Assembly: GCA_002269645.1 (NCBI GenBank)
Contig: NIVC01000593.1
Span: 305,454 to 369,453, forward strand
Length of the DNA stretch: 64,000 bases
Direction: 5' to 3'
Source of the DNA: Macrostomum lignano
Taxonomy: Eukaryota
The translations under genes and the position numbers were made by a program. How positions within the stretch are numbered: the first letter of the stretch is position 1; every line of letters begins with the position of its first letter. The notes below the pieces were generated by a model that did no database searches, was not told the DNA's origin, and worked only from the letters and a program-made list of their open reading frames with translations. Positions 1-13,091 of this stretch are shown one piece after another.

Positions 1-90
1 CCTGTTTGGGTTGGACACTGAAACAGCACCCAGCAGTTCTAAGGACTGCAACTGTGAGTTCTATGAGGGTATGGTGACTTTGATCAGCCT

Positions 91-97
91 GTCTGTG

Positions 98-166
<69 letters not shown>

Positions 167-291
167 TAGTGCCTGTCTTTCTGTCTGTCTGTCTGTGTCT
201 GTCTGTCTGTCTGTCTGTCTGTCTTTCTGTCTGTCTGTGTCTGTCTGTCTGTCTGTCTGTCTGTCTTTCTGTCTGTCTTAGTGTCTGTCTT

Positions 292-354
<63 letters not shown>

Positions 355-479
355 TAGTGCCTGTCTTTCTGTCTGTCTGTCTGTGTCTGTCTGTCTGTCT
401 GTCTGTCTGTCTTTCTGTCTGTCTGTGTCTGTCTGTCTGTCTGTCTGTCTGTCTTTCTGTCTGTCTTAGTGTCTGTCTT

Positions 480-530
<51 letters not shown>

Positions 531-533
531 GCC

Positions 534-580
<47 letters not shown>
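91..580. repeat. (TCTG)n microsatellite
   Basis: Near-continuous TCTG tetranucleotide run; source of the SVCL/TDRQ pseudo-ORFs. Confidence 0.98.
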
Positions 581-581
<1 letters not shown>

Positions 582-1129
582 AATCTTTCTGTCTATAGAT
601 TTGCAACTCGCTTTTAATAGCATAAGCATTGCTTGAATTCTATCTACATCGAGAGCATATCGTGCACTTCTCAGCCCGTCTGAAATTGATGACTTCACTT
701 GTCTCTCCTCTCAGGGAAAAATCGTCACTTTCTCTCTCTCATTTTATTCGCTCTCTACTTTACTCGCCTGTCAATCTATTGCACCTACATGTGAATATGA
801 CTGGTTCAGAGGCAGACACTAAAAGCGGGGCAAATGCTGCACCTACACATTGTAATTTGCAACCCCGTTTGTTTAATTGGAGAAATATGTAGCTAAAAAG
901 CAATTAGAAGGAACTTTCTTGCTTTGAAAAAAATAATATAGAAAAATTGCTGCCTTGCGATTTGTTGCTGATCAGTCATCCCCTGCGCTCATCCTTCACA
1001 ACCATGGACAGCTACAGTAAGGTAGAAAGACGTTAGCGATCGAAAATCGTGGGAACTTCACCTGCATTTGCTGCTGGCCTTCAGCGAAATTTTTTCAGTG
1101 TAGGGTCCTTCCAAAAGCAACAAGGCCAA

Positions 1130-1392
1130 TAGCAATAACAACAACAACAGCAACAAAGACGACAGAAGTAACAACAACAACAGCAACAAAGACAACAGAA
1201 ATAATAACAACAACGAAGATGACGATAACAACGACAATAATAACAGCAACAACAACGACAACAACGACAAAAACAACAATAACAACAGCAAAAACAATAA
1301 TAATCACAACAGTAACAACAACAACAAGAGCAACAACAACAAAGATGACAATAACAACGGCAATAACAACAACAATCGCAGCAACAACGAAA
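1130..1392. repeat. Degenerate (AAC)n trinucleotide repeat, possibly an Asn-rich exon
   Basis: AAC/AAT/GAC/AGC triplets held in one register; the + frame starting at 1104 is open to 1424. Confidence 0.85.
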
Positions 1393-2329
1393 GACGAAGT
1401 CCAGAAGCCCAGAAAGTAAAGTCATGAAGTCTGGGTGCATCAGATCAGGGTGCGTCAGGATTCAAATATCGCTACGAGTCTGGCAATAGCAAGGATCAGG
1501 CCAAGAAGGCCCCCAAATCGGGCAACAAGAGGAGGCTCAGGTGGAAGAAGTGTCCTTCTACGTTTATTTGCATCGATTCTGGTGAGCCTTCGAAATTGAT
1601 ATTCGATCGAACGAATGCTCCGCGCCTTCGAATCAGAACTGACCTTGCCTTTGACCGAACCCATCAAAGCAAAATATCTGATATGGCTTGCTGTGCACAG
1701 TTGCTATTGACAACTCTTTGTCTGCTGCGGGAATGCAATGCGCTCTCTCGCATGATGCCTAATCCGGCACGTTCTTGCGTTCTATTTTGGCATTCGGATC
1801 AATGCGATCTATTTTAGCGCTGTCTCATGATGCATTGTCATTTAGCACGGTCTACCCAGGCCTTCCATTTTTTTCAAGATGTTAATATGATCCCTTCGCA
1901 ACCACTGGTGTTCTGCTATTTACTAATTCTGAATGATGCTAAGTTTATATTGTGCCTTTACTCGTACTTAGCGTACCTTTGTAGGATGATTAAGCGGTGT
2001 TATCACCCAGGGACAGATTGACAGAAAATGCTGATACTGCACACATGAAAACATTTCAGGCTGCGATCAAGGATCACTTAATTATCGCAGGAAATTTCTG
2101 TCCGGAACAAGAGAGCAAGACAATCATTTTTCAGTTGGTACCACTATTGGCCATTTCCTTACATTCTGGACTTCTGAAGGTCTTTTCTTAATCAACATTA
2201 TTTTGCTTTTCTACTTAGATTTTTTGTTGCTTTTCTGAAATTTGTCTTCCGGTAAAACCTTAAATTTGATTTCTGTTTTTTTGTACATTTGGAAACCGGC
2301 GATTGTCTTTTAAAATGATAAATTCCGAG

Positions 2330-2862
2330 CTACTCAGCCCAAGACATCAGCATCCCCTGTGAGCTTTGGCTCAATTAAGCATCTATGCAACCCCCTATCA
2401 GCCACAGAACTTCAACAATTCCCAGCATGAGTCTTTACATCTAAGCAATTCCCCAATGAGCCTTGTCATGACCCTTACCGGCCATGGCTACCTCGCCAGG
2501 CACTGCTTCCTCCGAGGTGACCTCGAGAGCGAACTTTGCCCTTTTAGCGAGTACGACAATGAAGATGCTCAGAACTTTGTCTGTCACTGCCCTTTATTTA
2601 CCAGAGACCGGCTACGCTACCTCAGGCCGAAGCCGTCCATTGGCGAGGTCTGCCAGCCCGACAGCATCCCTAGGCTCATCCAGTTCCTCCGAGCGACAAG
2701 ACGAGCCAGTTTCTTCCCCATGGAAGATCCCGCTGCAGGACGGACCGGCGGACCACCCTGACCAGCCTCACGCCTCTGCCTGTCTGCGGGCCTTCAGGGG
2801 CTGGCGGAATGGGCGACTCTCGCCTCCCCGCTGTGTCTACGGACCACCCTGCAGCTGAGTCA
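2330..2862 (+). mobile_element. 3' fragment of a non-LTR retrotransposon (I/R1/LOA-like ORF2 C-terminus plus 3' UTR)
   Basis: ORF 2366-2761 contains LTGHGYLARHCFLRGDLESELCPF...EDAQNFVCHCPLF, matching the degenerate LTGH...C-x2-C...H...CP zinc-knuckle tail of LINE ORF2. No RT domain is visible upstream, so it is 5'-truncated. Confidence 0.75.
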
Positions 2863-3171
2863 AAATACTTCAGTCAAGAGCCTTGAGCCACAGCATTCCA
2901 GCAATTTCCTCCCATGAACCTTGAAATCTTAGCGATTCCCCATAAGTCTTTTATACAGTTTGCAAAGCGATTCTTTTATGGTTGAGCTCTGCTGGTGAAC
3001 ATGCTTGTCTACTCTGACTGGACCAATTGGACTTGACTTTTTTCGCGTTATCATATAAATAAATAAATAAATATTTTCCTCCTATGTGAACCAGTTGCAG
3101 CTGCCTTGATGATGTCTGCCTACGACGAAACGCCTATTGGTATTGATTTGTATTAAAGAATATTGCATGTT

Positions 3172-3470
<299 letters not shown>

Positions 3471-3768
3471 TTCTGGCGTTTCTATTTTTCATACTGCTTC
3501 GTGAAAAAAAACTTGATTAAAGCTAACTAAAACTCGTTAGAAAAAACGGTTTTCAAGAAATTTTTGTTAACATATCGGCTCGTACTTCTACTCCATGCGT
3601 CAGAGTATCTGGGGTTGAAAATTTTCTAAGAATGACACGCGGCTTCCGGTTGGCCGATTTTATGATATTCTTGAACGATTGACTTTTCTTCGTATCGCGT
3701 GCTTATCAGTCAATATTTTAGCAATCAAAATAGATTTTTTATAAATCTTGCAGAAGTCCATTGCCCCC

Positions 3769-3918
3769 TTAAAAAGTTGGAAAATATTTCATAGCGGACG
3801 GCCGAATTCGACACAAAAGTGCTTTATTGACAGTTTCAAAGTGAAATGTCAAAGGCAGAAGGAAGACTATAGACAGAATCTTGATGAATAAACCGGTAAA
3901 GATGTGATAGCTCTGGAT
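3769..3918 (-). CDS. Candidate third exon (TM5-like) of the GPCR-like gene
   Basis: Phase-0 CAG acceptor at 3921-3919, then IQSYHIFTGLFIKILSIVFLLPLTF, a hydrophobic TM5-like helix. The frame stops at 3769 without TM6/7 and the acceptor is weak. Confidence 0.25.
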   Translation of the reverse strand: MQSYHIFTGLFIKILSIVFLLPLTFHFETVNKALLCRIRPSAMKYFPTF

Positions 3919-4004
3919 CTGACAGTTTTTGGATGCGACTCTTGGAGGATCTTCTAACAGTTCGAACATGCGATAGTTTTGAGGTTGTGACATATGAGGA
4001 TATG

Positions 4005-4408
4005 AGAGATCGAGGATGTGACAGATGAAGATATGACAGTTCCAGGATGTGATAGTTCGAGGATGTGACAGTTTGAGGATGTGACAGTTCCAGGGTGTGA
4101 CAGTTCCAGGCTGTGACAGTTCCAGGATGTGACAGTTCGAGGATGTGACAGTTCCAGGATGTGAAAGTTCCAGGATGTGACAGTTCGAGGATGTGTCAGT
4201 TCCAGGCTGTGACAGTTTCAGGATGTGAAAGTTCCAGGATGTGACAGTTCGAGGATGTGACAGTTCCAGGATGTGACAGTTCGAGGATGTGACAGTTCCA
4301 GGATGTGAAAATTCGAGGATGTGACAGTTCCAGGATGTGACAGTTCGAGGCTGTGACAGTTCCAGGATGTGACAGTTCGAGGCTGTGACAGTTCCAGGAT
4401 GTGACAGT
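4005..4408. repeat. 16-bp minisatellite GGATGTGACAGTTC(C/G)A
   Basis: About 25 tandem units directly visible. Confidence 0.95.
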
Positions 4409-4456
4409 TACAACACGAAGCTATATCTGAGAAAGACGCGTCCGTCGGTTACTCAC

Positions 4457-6560
4457 GTAGAAGCCGGTGCCATTGATCCTGACTACTTCGCCGTCGGGGT
4501 TTGCCCGGAGCTCCAGCTGTTCGCCGGAGCAGTAGTAGACGGTGCCCGTACCGCCGGTGACCATCTGCCAAAGGGCGACAGAGCTCAATGCGACTATTAA
4601 TATTCCACCGGCGCGAGCGCAGAGCAGGCCGAGCTGCCTGCGGACGTCAACGGAGTCGTCAGCGTCCGCGCCAGCCGCAGACGCCGCGGTCGTTCGCCAG
4701 ATGAGCCGGCAGCGGAAGGTACAAATGTAGGCCACCCAGTAGTTCCGGCATGGATAGGAAGCAAAGCAGAGCAGGCGGAGCAGCTCGGTCGAGATGAAGC
4801 TGAACTTAATCTGGCTTTCGCTATCGAACCACCAGATCGGCCTTTGGAACCTCACGTGACGACCATCGTCCGTGGCGATGTGAGTGAGAAATCGATCAGA
4901 TCGCTCCAGCCATTTTTGGGTTGCACTCGAGACCTGGTTGGGGCAGCCAATGGGCGGTTCGTGAGCTCTGTGTTGATTTTCTACAAGGAGCTCAGATCCC
5001 TTTTTTGCTTTCCTTAGCCCCCGTCAGATCAGTACTAGCAGGCGCGGCCAATTTGCATGATGACATGTACATGTCTAGTAAGTGTAAGATTGGGGAGCTC
5101 TAAGACTGACTTAGACAGACAGACAGACACGAACATACTGGGATGGAAACTAGGACACTGGGACACTGGGACGGACTGATGACGCACTACAGCACACTAA
5201 GAAAAATACAAAGAGACACACTAAGACACACACTAAGAAAAATACAAGGAGACACACTATGACAGAAACTAAGACAAATACTTAAAGGACACAAAAAGCC
5301 AGACACAAAGACAAATACTTGAGGACACAAAAAGACAGACACAAAGACAAATAATTGAGGACACAAAAAGACAGACACAAAGACAAATACATGAGGACAC
5401 ACTAAGACAGACACAAAGACAAATACTTGAGGACACTAACAGCCTGTCTGGCAGTGCATTTCAACCTCAGAGACGCAATTTTCTAGCGATCGTCGCTCAG
5501 CCTCTTTTCAATACAGGGTATGTTAGTTTAATTGCCAGATGATGAGGCAGACTTGAAACGTTTTGTCATAATGCATTCATCCCTTGCAATAAAAAACGTT
5601 AGAACGTGTTTTCAGCTGATCAAACTGATTCCATGCAGTCTGTAATCCTCGCAGCCACCGGTGTGTACTTTAATTTGCACAGCTAGTTGTAGTGGGAATC
5701 CTTCATTCCCCGGCTTAGATCGCTTGAGGCCAGGCAAGGCTTACACCTTGAGCGTGCGCACGAATCAACATTAAACATGAGCGCTCGTAGTGCACGTGCA
5801 CTGTTAGTCGGACAACTAGGGCCGCAGGATTAGCCAACGAGGTTTGAAAACAACTTGCAAATAAACTAGGGAAGTATCTGTAAAAAATAAGAAATCTATA
5901 TTCTCATTTGATGAGGGATCGTTGCACTTTTGTGTTACGATGCCGGGTGCGATGGGTCTTGCATTCAGCTACTCGTTTCGCTCAGCCATGACTGTCGTTT
6001 TCTGCCAAGCAAGCAGGCAAAAAAGCCGAATGAATTTGTTCATGCATAGCCGCAGGCAGCCGCATCAAGCGAACCACGTGCTTTCCCGCTTCTACCGGAG
6101 GTTTCCTATGCAGGTAGCTATTCTCTATTTTTTTGGCAACAGATGCGCTCAGAAACTGATACCGGTCTAGGTAACAGGTATAATATTGTTCCTCGACACC
6201 CGTTTAGCTGATGCATTCACCTGCAGCTGTAGAGTTCAGTGGTTTCGAGCATATACTCTCACCTGATGCAGCAAGTCCAGAGCGCACAGCAGCAGCAGCA
6301 GCAGGCTGTAGGTCGGATAGCAACGACGGTGAACCATGACCGCGTACACCGCCGCCGCGATCCCAATGCCGATGGCGTTGATGCCGCCGAGAGTCAGGCT
6401 GAGGTACAGCGATATCTGGTGCGACATGGGTACACCAGGAGCTGGCGCAGTCCCCGTCACACTGGAGTTGATGTTAATTCGCCAGACGCACTCGTTTATG
6501 AACGAGGGCACCGCCGGTACGCCCAGGTCACAGGCTGGCGGCTGAATGTATTCCTGGCTG
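4457..6560 (-). CDS. Divergent rhodopsin-class (peptide-receptor-like) GPCR, partial, two exons
   Basis: Exon ~6560-6264 has N-glycosylation sequons (NAS, NSS), TM1 ISLYLSLTLGGINAIGIGIAAAVYAVMV and TM2 SLLLLLLCALDLLHQ, then a GTGAGA donor (phase 0). Exon ~4933-4457 has TM3 FSFISTELLRLLCFASYPCRNYWVAYICTFRC, TM4 GGILIVALSSVALWQM and an ECL2 Cys, then a GTGAGT donor. Start codon and the exon-2 acceptor are uncertain. Confidence 0.55.
5185..5435. repeat. ~36-bp A-rich degenerate minisatellite (AAGACAGACACAAAGACAAATACTTGAGGACAC..)
   Basis: Several diverged tandem copies inside the GPCR intron. Confidence 0.8.
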
Positions 6561-6683
6561 GCGTTCTCCCTGTGTGATGCGGAGTTTCCAAGATATTCGT
6601 TGAATCTTTCCTTACGTCTCAGACGAAAATTACGCTTTTCATAAGTGTTTAAGTCTAAGAGTTGAATATAGGAGAAATGCAAG

Positions 6684-7666
6684 AGGGGGAAGAGGGGAGA
6701 GGGGAGAGGGGAGAGGCGAGGAGAGGAGAGGAGAAGAGAGGAGTGGAGAGTGGACGGAAATGAGAGGACAGGACAGGAGGGACAATACAGGAGAGGAGAG
6801 GAGAGGAGAGGAGAGGAGAGGAGAGGAGAGGAGAGGAGAGGAGAGGAGAGGAGAGGAGAGGAGAGGAGAGGAGAGAGGAGAGGAGATGAGAGGAGAAGAG
6901 AGGAGAGGAGAGGAGAGGAAAGGAGATGAGAGGAGAGGAGAGGAGAGGAAAGGAGAGGAGAGGAGAGGAGAGGAGAGGAGAGGAGAGGAGAGGAGAGGAG
7001 AGGAGAAGGGAGGAGAGGAGAGGAGAGGAGAGGAGAGGAGAGAGAGGAGAGGAGAGGAGAGGAGAGGAGAGGAGAGGAGAGGAGAGGAGAGGAGAGGAGA
7101 GTAGAGGAGAGGAGAGGAGAAGGGAGGAGAGGAGAGGAGAGGAGAGGAGAAGGGAGGAGAGGAGAGGAGAGGAGAGGAGAGGAGAGGAGAGGAGAGGAGA
7201 GGAGAGGAGAGGAGAGGAGAGGAGAGGAGAGGAGAGGAGAGGAGAGGAGAGGAGAGGAGAGGAGAGGAGAGGAGAGGAGAGGAGAGGAGAGGAGAGGAGA
7301 GGAGAGGAAAGGAGAGAGAGGAGAGGAGAGGAGAGGAGAGGAGATGAGAGGAGAGGAGAGGAGAGGAGAGGAGAGGAGAGGAGAGGAGAGGAGAGGAGAA
7401 GAGAGGAGAGGAGAGGAGAGGAGAGGAAAGGAGATGAGAGGAGAGGAGAGGAAAGGAAAGGAGAGGAGAGGAGAGGAGAGGAGAGGAGAGGAGACGAGAG
7501 GAGAGGAGAGGAGAGGAGAGGAGAGGAGAGGAGAGGAGAGGAGAGGAGAGGAGAGGAGAGGAGAGGAGAGGAGAGGAGAGGAGAGGAGAGGAGAGGAGAG
7601 GAGAGGAGAGGAGAGGAGAGGAGAGGAGAGGAGAGGAGAGGAGAGGAGAGGAGAGGAGAGGAGAAA
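6684..7666. repeat. (GAGAG)n homopurine pentanucleotide repeat
   Basis: ~1 kb almost pure GAGAG; source of the GEERR pseudo-ORFs. Confidence 0.98.
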
Positions 7667-8777
7667 TTTGAATCCTAAAATAAAAAATGGTTTAAGGAAA
7701 CGAAGGCATGATTGACGGACGTGTCAAAAAAATAAAATTGCGACATGGAGTATAATTTGCGCAATTAAAAACAGTCGATTGGCGTAAATTGTTAGTCAAG
7801 AATCTATCTGCCAATACGAGCTAGAGGCGCACAGTTCCAAGACACACTAAGCATTTCCTGTTGTCCACACCGACTCAACTCCTATACTCACGATTCCTGT
7901 ATGGAAGGAAGTCAGCTCTCAGTGATTTCTAGTGCATTTCGTGCCACGCGTGATGAATAATGTGCTGGCTGACGCTGCCAGATGCTAGCGCAATTCTAAA
8001 CCATATATTGGTGGCAACGTCTCTCTTCAATAACAAGAACCTTGACGATAATTTGTCGTGCGTGACGAAAAGCCGGTGTGATGGACACTGGCTCTTTATC
8101 AACTCACTTTTTCCTATGCATTTTCTGCACGCTAAGTATTGAGTATCAAAAAATCTGTTATAATGTCAAATGATTATAGCATTAGTAAGTAGAATTTACT
8201 TACATTCCGTAAGTGCCGGCTGTATAATATTGCAGACAGACTCGAAACTAATATTACTCAGGTAAGGCCTCTTGGTGTAGCCTAAGTGCTTCAGTGCCGG
8301 CTGTTAAATACTAGATTGATGAATTGCATACGGCTTTTACCCAATGGCTCAGCGTATTGGCCAATCGGAATGCGTCTGTATCGAGTGTCAAGCTGTCTTC
8401 CATTCTGTCCTAAAGTTCGCTTCGTATTTTAAAAGCATATAGGCTGTGATCTAGGTCGTATTTCCTATCCCTGCTGCTGATTGGACTGATCCTCTGATGA
8501 ATGGGCTACGCCCATGCAGTTCACGCTGACAATGCTAGGTCAAGCACCTCGCCTTTGTGTAGAGATATCCTTTTTGTGTCTTTAAAACGATGCGGGATGG
8601 AATCGTTCAAATTAAAATATTCTCCTCTGCCAAGCCCAACAAAATTGGCTGTTCAAGGATCACAGGTGTCTTAAATGCAGGATTAAAAAAGATTATTTTT
8701 CTCAGTTTGATAATCAAATGAATTTCGTGTTAATTTTATGATTTCAGGATTCAATGCAAGTGGCTCAAATGCAGTCT

Positions 8778-8970
8778 GCCCGCGAGAATCGCCCCGCGAG
8801 AGAATCGCCCCGCGCGAGAATCGCCCCGCGCGAGAATCGCCCCGCGAAAGAATCGCCCCGCGCGAGAATCGCCCCGCGAAAGAATCGCCCCGCGAGAGAA
8901 TCGCCCCGCGAGAGAATCGCCCCGCGCGAGAATCGCCCCGCGAGAATCGCCCTGCGCGAGAATCGCCCCG
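8778..8970. repeat. 15-17-bp CpG-rich minisatellite GAGAATCGCCCCGCG(C)
   Basis: About 12 tandem units. Confidence 0.92.
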
Positions 8971-11900
8971 TGATTTAAGAGTCATTCGGCTTGACTCCTG
9001 CCGTTTACATGTATTTTCTGTACTGTACTATTGTATTCAAGGTGTTGAGTATTATTCTTCGTTAAGGTATAAGGCAGTAAAACAATAATCTGCAGGCAGA
9101 ATAGTTTTATAAAGTTTGATGCAGGGGGAAACAAACACAATGGGAGCTATGGTGGCCTGTGCGTGTTTCCTCTGCTTTTGAATCTTTTTAAAGAAAATTC
9201 AAAACTTATCACAGACTGACTTCCTGTGACTGCATGGGAAATTACACCTGATTAAATAGTGATTGTCATAAAATTTAGACATCCACCCTAGCTTAGCTAT
9301 ACAATTGACTATCGATCGATTCCGGGGTTTCTACGTAAAATTGCTAATTATATGGAGCATAAATGAGGCAAAACGCTCTTAGGCTATAGTAGATCGCAAG
9401 GATACGAGAACAGACGATAGTAGTCGATGCCACAGAGTTTATTACGATGGACAAAGCACTATAAATTAATCCTTGTTGACATGCATGCACCATTATACAT
9501 GTAAAATCATTTCTGTCCCAGTTTGGCGCCCCTGGCTATGGAATTCCTTCTGGCGCTATAATTCAAAACTCCCCTGACACGATCATTTTCGCCCATGCAC
9601 AGAAGGTTTCAGTCTCAGAAGTCCAAAGTTATCCTTTATTATTCTATACAACAACAAAAATTCTTCCCTACAGAATCTTTCCCATTAGTATATAGTTTCC
9701 CGTTATGGTAATTTCTCATTGACAATTGAGGACTCTACTGTCCCTGTTATTTAGGCAAAGATTTTAATGTTTCTTTAAACTACACGTACATGTGCACGCA
9801 TTGTCTAGATTAATGACTATGTCTATAGATCACAAGGGAGTATTGCCTTGATTTCTTTATCTTGTGATTGTGGGAAACCATGTTTGCGCTATCCGACGCG
9901 TTTATTGCCCATATATATTGATTAATACACTAAACCTGTACACTGTACATGAAAAAGAATGCAGGGGGGCACATAAAAAATAGTACCAGCTAGAATGTCT
10001 CTCTCTCTAGACAGGAAATTAGCGAGACGCATTCTACACATTGATAAACGCCCTGTATGGGTACATGAACACCGATGAGATCCTTCCTGCCCACGAACAC
10101 AATGAATACATGTAGAACACACACAAAAGGATAAATGAATAGTGCAGTGAGCTATGGGATCAGAAACTTCCATAGTTCCACGATATTTATTTGGTCTATA
10201 AAGCCCGAGTAATAAACCTGAGACGAAATTTTTGTTATATTAGCTTTCTAGATGGCGTCTGCATCATATTTTAAATCTCAACTGTATTTTTTCGCATTTT
10301 AGACTCGCATTTTAGCCCGCCCGGTTCCTTGCTTGTAGGGCGGGCGAGTCTTAGGCCTCAGTTAGGAATGGCATACTGGTAACATTTATTTAAACTAAGG
10401 CTACCTATTTTCGTTCAATCTGATTCCATTTTTTCCTATTTTAAGTATTGTAAAATAAAGCTTATGTCTATAGATATTCTAATGTGTTTTTGAAAATTGG
10501 GTTGTCAGTGTCAAAAACTCAGTTTGATGATCAATTAGTATTTAAAAAAAGTTTCAGTCACTAGTTTAATTTATCATATAATATTTATAAATCTAATATT
10601 TTATTAACTTCATTGCTAATAAAAAAAGTAGGCTTATTTTGTAAATGCAAAACTGGATCCTAGATCCCTAGATATAGGCCTATTAATAATGCAAAAAAAC
10701 CTAGGCCTACTCAAGTCAAGTTTTTTTTTAAAAATGGCCTTTCTTGACAATTAAGCATTTTATATACCAAATATATTTCCTTAGAAGCTAAATTAGGGGT
10801 CTATGACTATAGTATTTGTTTGTGTTTTAGTTTATAGATGATAGAAAAGGCAATAGGCATTAATTTTTAGTTAAGCTTTTATTACTAAATTAGATTTTGG
10901 AATAAATTTAGTGAATACTTTTTAGTATAAGGTCTATCCTTAATAGCCTATATAATAGCCTATATTGAAGATTGTTTTTAAACTTAAAAATTTTAAATAA
11001 TAGCATCAAAGTATAGATTTAAAAAGTATAGTATAGGCCTAGTCTAGATAAAAATAGGCATAAAATGGTATTTAAAATATTTAATGTAAGAAGGTACTTT
11101 AAATAGAATGCATACAATTACCATTTTGACAAAGTTGAAGATAACCAATAATAAGAGACTATATAAATTACAAAGTAATTTATATATCTAAGCTAGATAA
11201 TTAGAATAGTATATAGCAATTATTTTATTTTATTGGCAATTTCATGTGTAGATAAATAAATAAGGCTTGTATACTAAGAGATAGATAATAGAAGGACTTA
11301 TAAAGTATGATATATATATATATATTTATATGTTAATTTAAAATCAACTTTTAATTTAGTCATTTGTCATTTAAATTTTATTTTTTAGATTCTTAATAAA
11401 AGATGTCATTTTTAAATTGCCCAATTGACTTACTTTTAAATAGATCCCTTTAGTGATACACTGTGATATAGCAAAAGGGAAAAAGAGTGGCACGATATAG
11501 CAGTTGCCTTTGTAAAAAAGAAAAAGGGTTATATGCCTAGATTGATTGCTTTTGACAAGTTTAGATAGTTCATTAGATTTTTTTATTATAAAAATATGTT
11601 GGATATAGCTTTGTAGCCTGTGACAGACTTAGATAGGATAATTCGTATTACAACAAAGCAAATAAGTGGCAAATTCTACTAAGTTGAGAAGCTTAGCAAA
11701 TTATACTAAATAAGAGACTAATAAAATATTTGTGCATTTTGGCCAATTTCCATGCTTGAAATTTTATTCTAATAGGGAACATCATCATAGCTTATTGTAC
11801 AATGCTTCTTAAATAAAAAGGGAAAGTAGGCCTATCTAAATTCAATTAAAAATGTATACTTCTAGCCCCTCATTGAATCTAAATTGTGGCCATATGTAGC

Positions 11901-12546
11901 TGACCTAGTTTAAATGCCATGCTCTGCATCAGAAAACTAATGCTATATGCTCTTAGTTGGCTCAGTTTTTTGATACAGTATCTATTTCCCTTAGGTTGGA
12001 CAATCATGCATAGAAAATGAGTAAAATAGGCCCAGCATTCCACATTTTAAATACAGGTTTCTTTTCACTTGGATAACAGAGAAGTGAAGGGTAGTCGGTT
12101 ATAATGGTACAATGGACATCATTCTGATTCTTTTTAAAGTAGCACTCCCTTCAACTGATCTCATTACTAAGCACAAGTTCAGTATTGCAAATAAATTTAG
12201 CCATGTCAGGAATCGAACTTGTGTCCTTTGATTCAACCTGTTCAGTCTGAGATACAACAGGAGAGAGGCGGCTGTTGAGTCACGAGCGCATCACATCAGT
12301 TGCAGAGTTGCAAAAGAGTCGTCCAAGAGTCGTTGTGTTAGCGCTTAACTTTCTACTAACACAAGTAAACTAAATAAAGCTGTTATAAATGCAAAATGCA
12401 TTTCTAATTCATAAAATGACGCAGATGCGCTCTAGACGCAACTCTGTGATTCTACAGCGACTCCAATACGCCTCAGATACGATTCTATGGCCCCAGAGTC
12501 ACTTGCGTCGCAGTAATTTAAGGAGCGAGAGTCGGGATAGAAGGTT

Positions 12547-12913
12547 TTTTTATTTGAGACAGGGGGGTTGTGTGCACCCTGGCGCACTTTAAGCGACATT
12601 GGCACACAACCGGCGAGAGGCATTATGGCCCATTCCGCCGACTCCCCTGAGCAGGCACACAAGCGCGCGGATACGTACGCAGGCACACAATCACACAGGA
12701 GTGTACAGCGGCCCTAACTTTATATTATCGTTAGGCATGTACACTTCACTGCGTCTTGGGGGGGGGGGTTGGCTCTCAAGGCCGTTAATTGCACAAGCAG
12801 AGCCAAGCCGAGATTCCAATTCAGCCCCAAATTAATGTGACTGCACTTGGAATCGAGCCTGGGTCGCTGGCACACCAGAGCAGCTGCGCTACCGCTGGGC
12901 TACGGCCCCCCTA
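12547..12913 (-). mobile_element. Full-length tRNA-derived SINE (367 bp) with 13-bp target-site duplication
   Basis: Minus-strand head GGGCCGTAGCCCAGCGGTAGCGC...GGCTCGATTCC (A and B boxes), A-rich tail TCTCAAATAAAAA, perfect TSD GGGATAGAAGGTT at 12534-12546 and 12914-12926. Confidence 0.9.
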
Positions 12914-13091
12914 GGGATAGAAGGTTACTTAAGATTATGATTAATCTAGTAGAGCACTACCAGAGCATTGGTAATTTCATGTTTCTCATTTATTCCAGCA
13001 GAAAACAAATCTAATCGGAAATAGTTTCTTTACTAAAAATATACACCTGCCGTTGTTAAAGAATATCCTGCCTCTACTACTTATTAATACG

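Noticed and set aside
1455-1667. Minus-strand ORF resembling ICL3-TM6 of the GPCR
   Set aside because: Ends in a stop with no donor and no TM7, and overlaps a better plus-strand exon candidate
2755-2830. HDV-like ribozyme in the LINE 3' UTR (CCAGCC/GGCTGG pairing, GGCGGAATGGGC resembling J4/2-P2)
   Set aside because: Spacing between P2 and P1 strands does not fit and no P4 or P1.1 can be built; at most a simple pseudoknot
5700-5850. 7SL/Alu-like segment GATCGCTTGAGGCCAGG
   Set aside because: Only a 17-nt match; no Alu-domain 5' hairpins or SRP helix 8 motif in the flanks
10247-12436. 2.2-kb AT-rich DNA transposon bounded by imperfect inverted repeats (TCTAGATGGCGTCTGCATCAT / ATGACGCAGATGCGCTCTAGA, 19 of 24 matching)
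   Set aside because: No TSD, no transposase remnant, and the similarity does not extend; cannot be supported as an element
12830-12913. tRNA genes at the SINE heads (also 13479-13550)
   Set aside because: No complete cloverleaf or acceptor stem; both run on into SINE bodies, and one has a TSD
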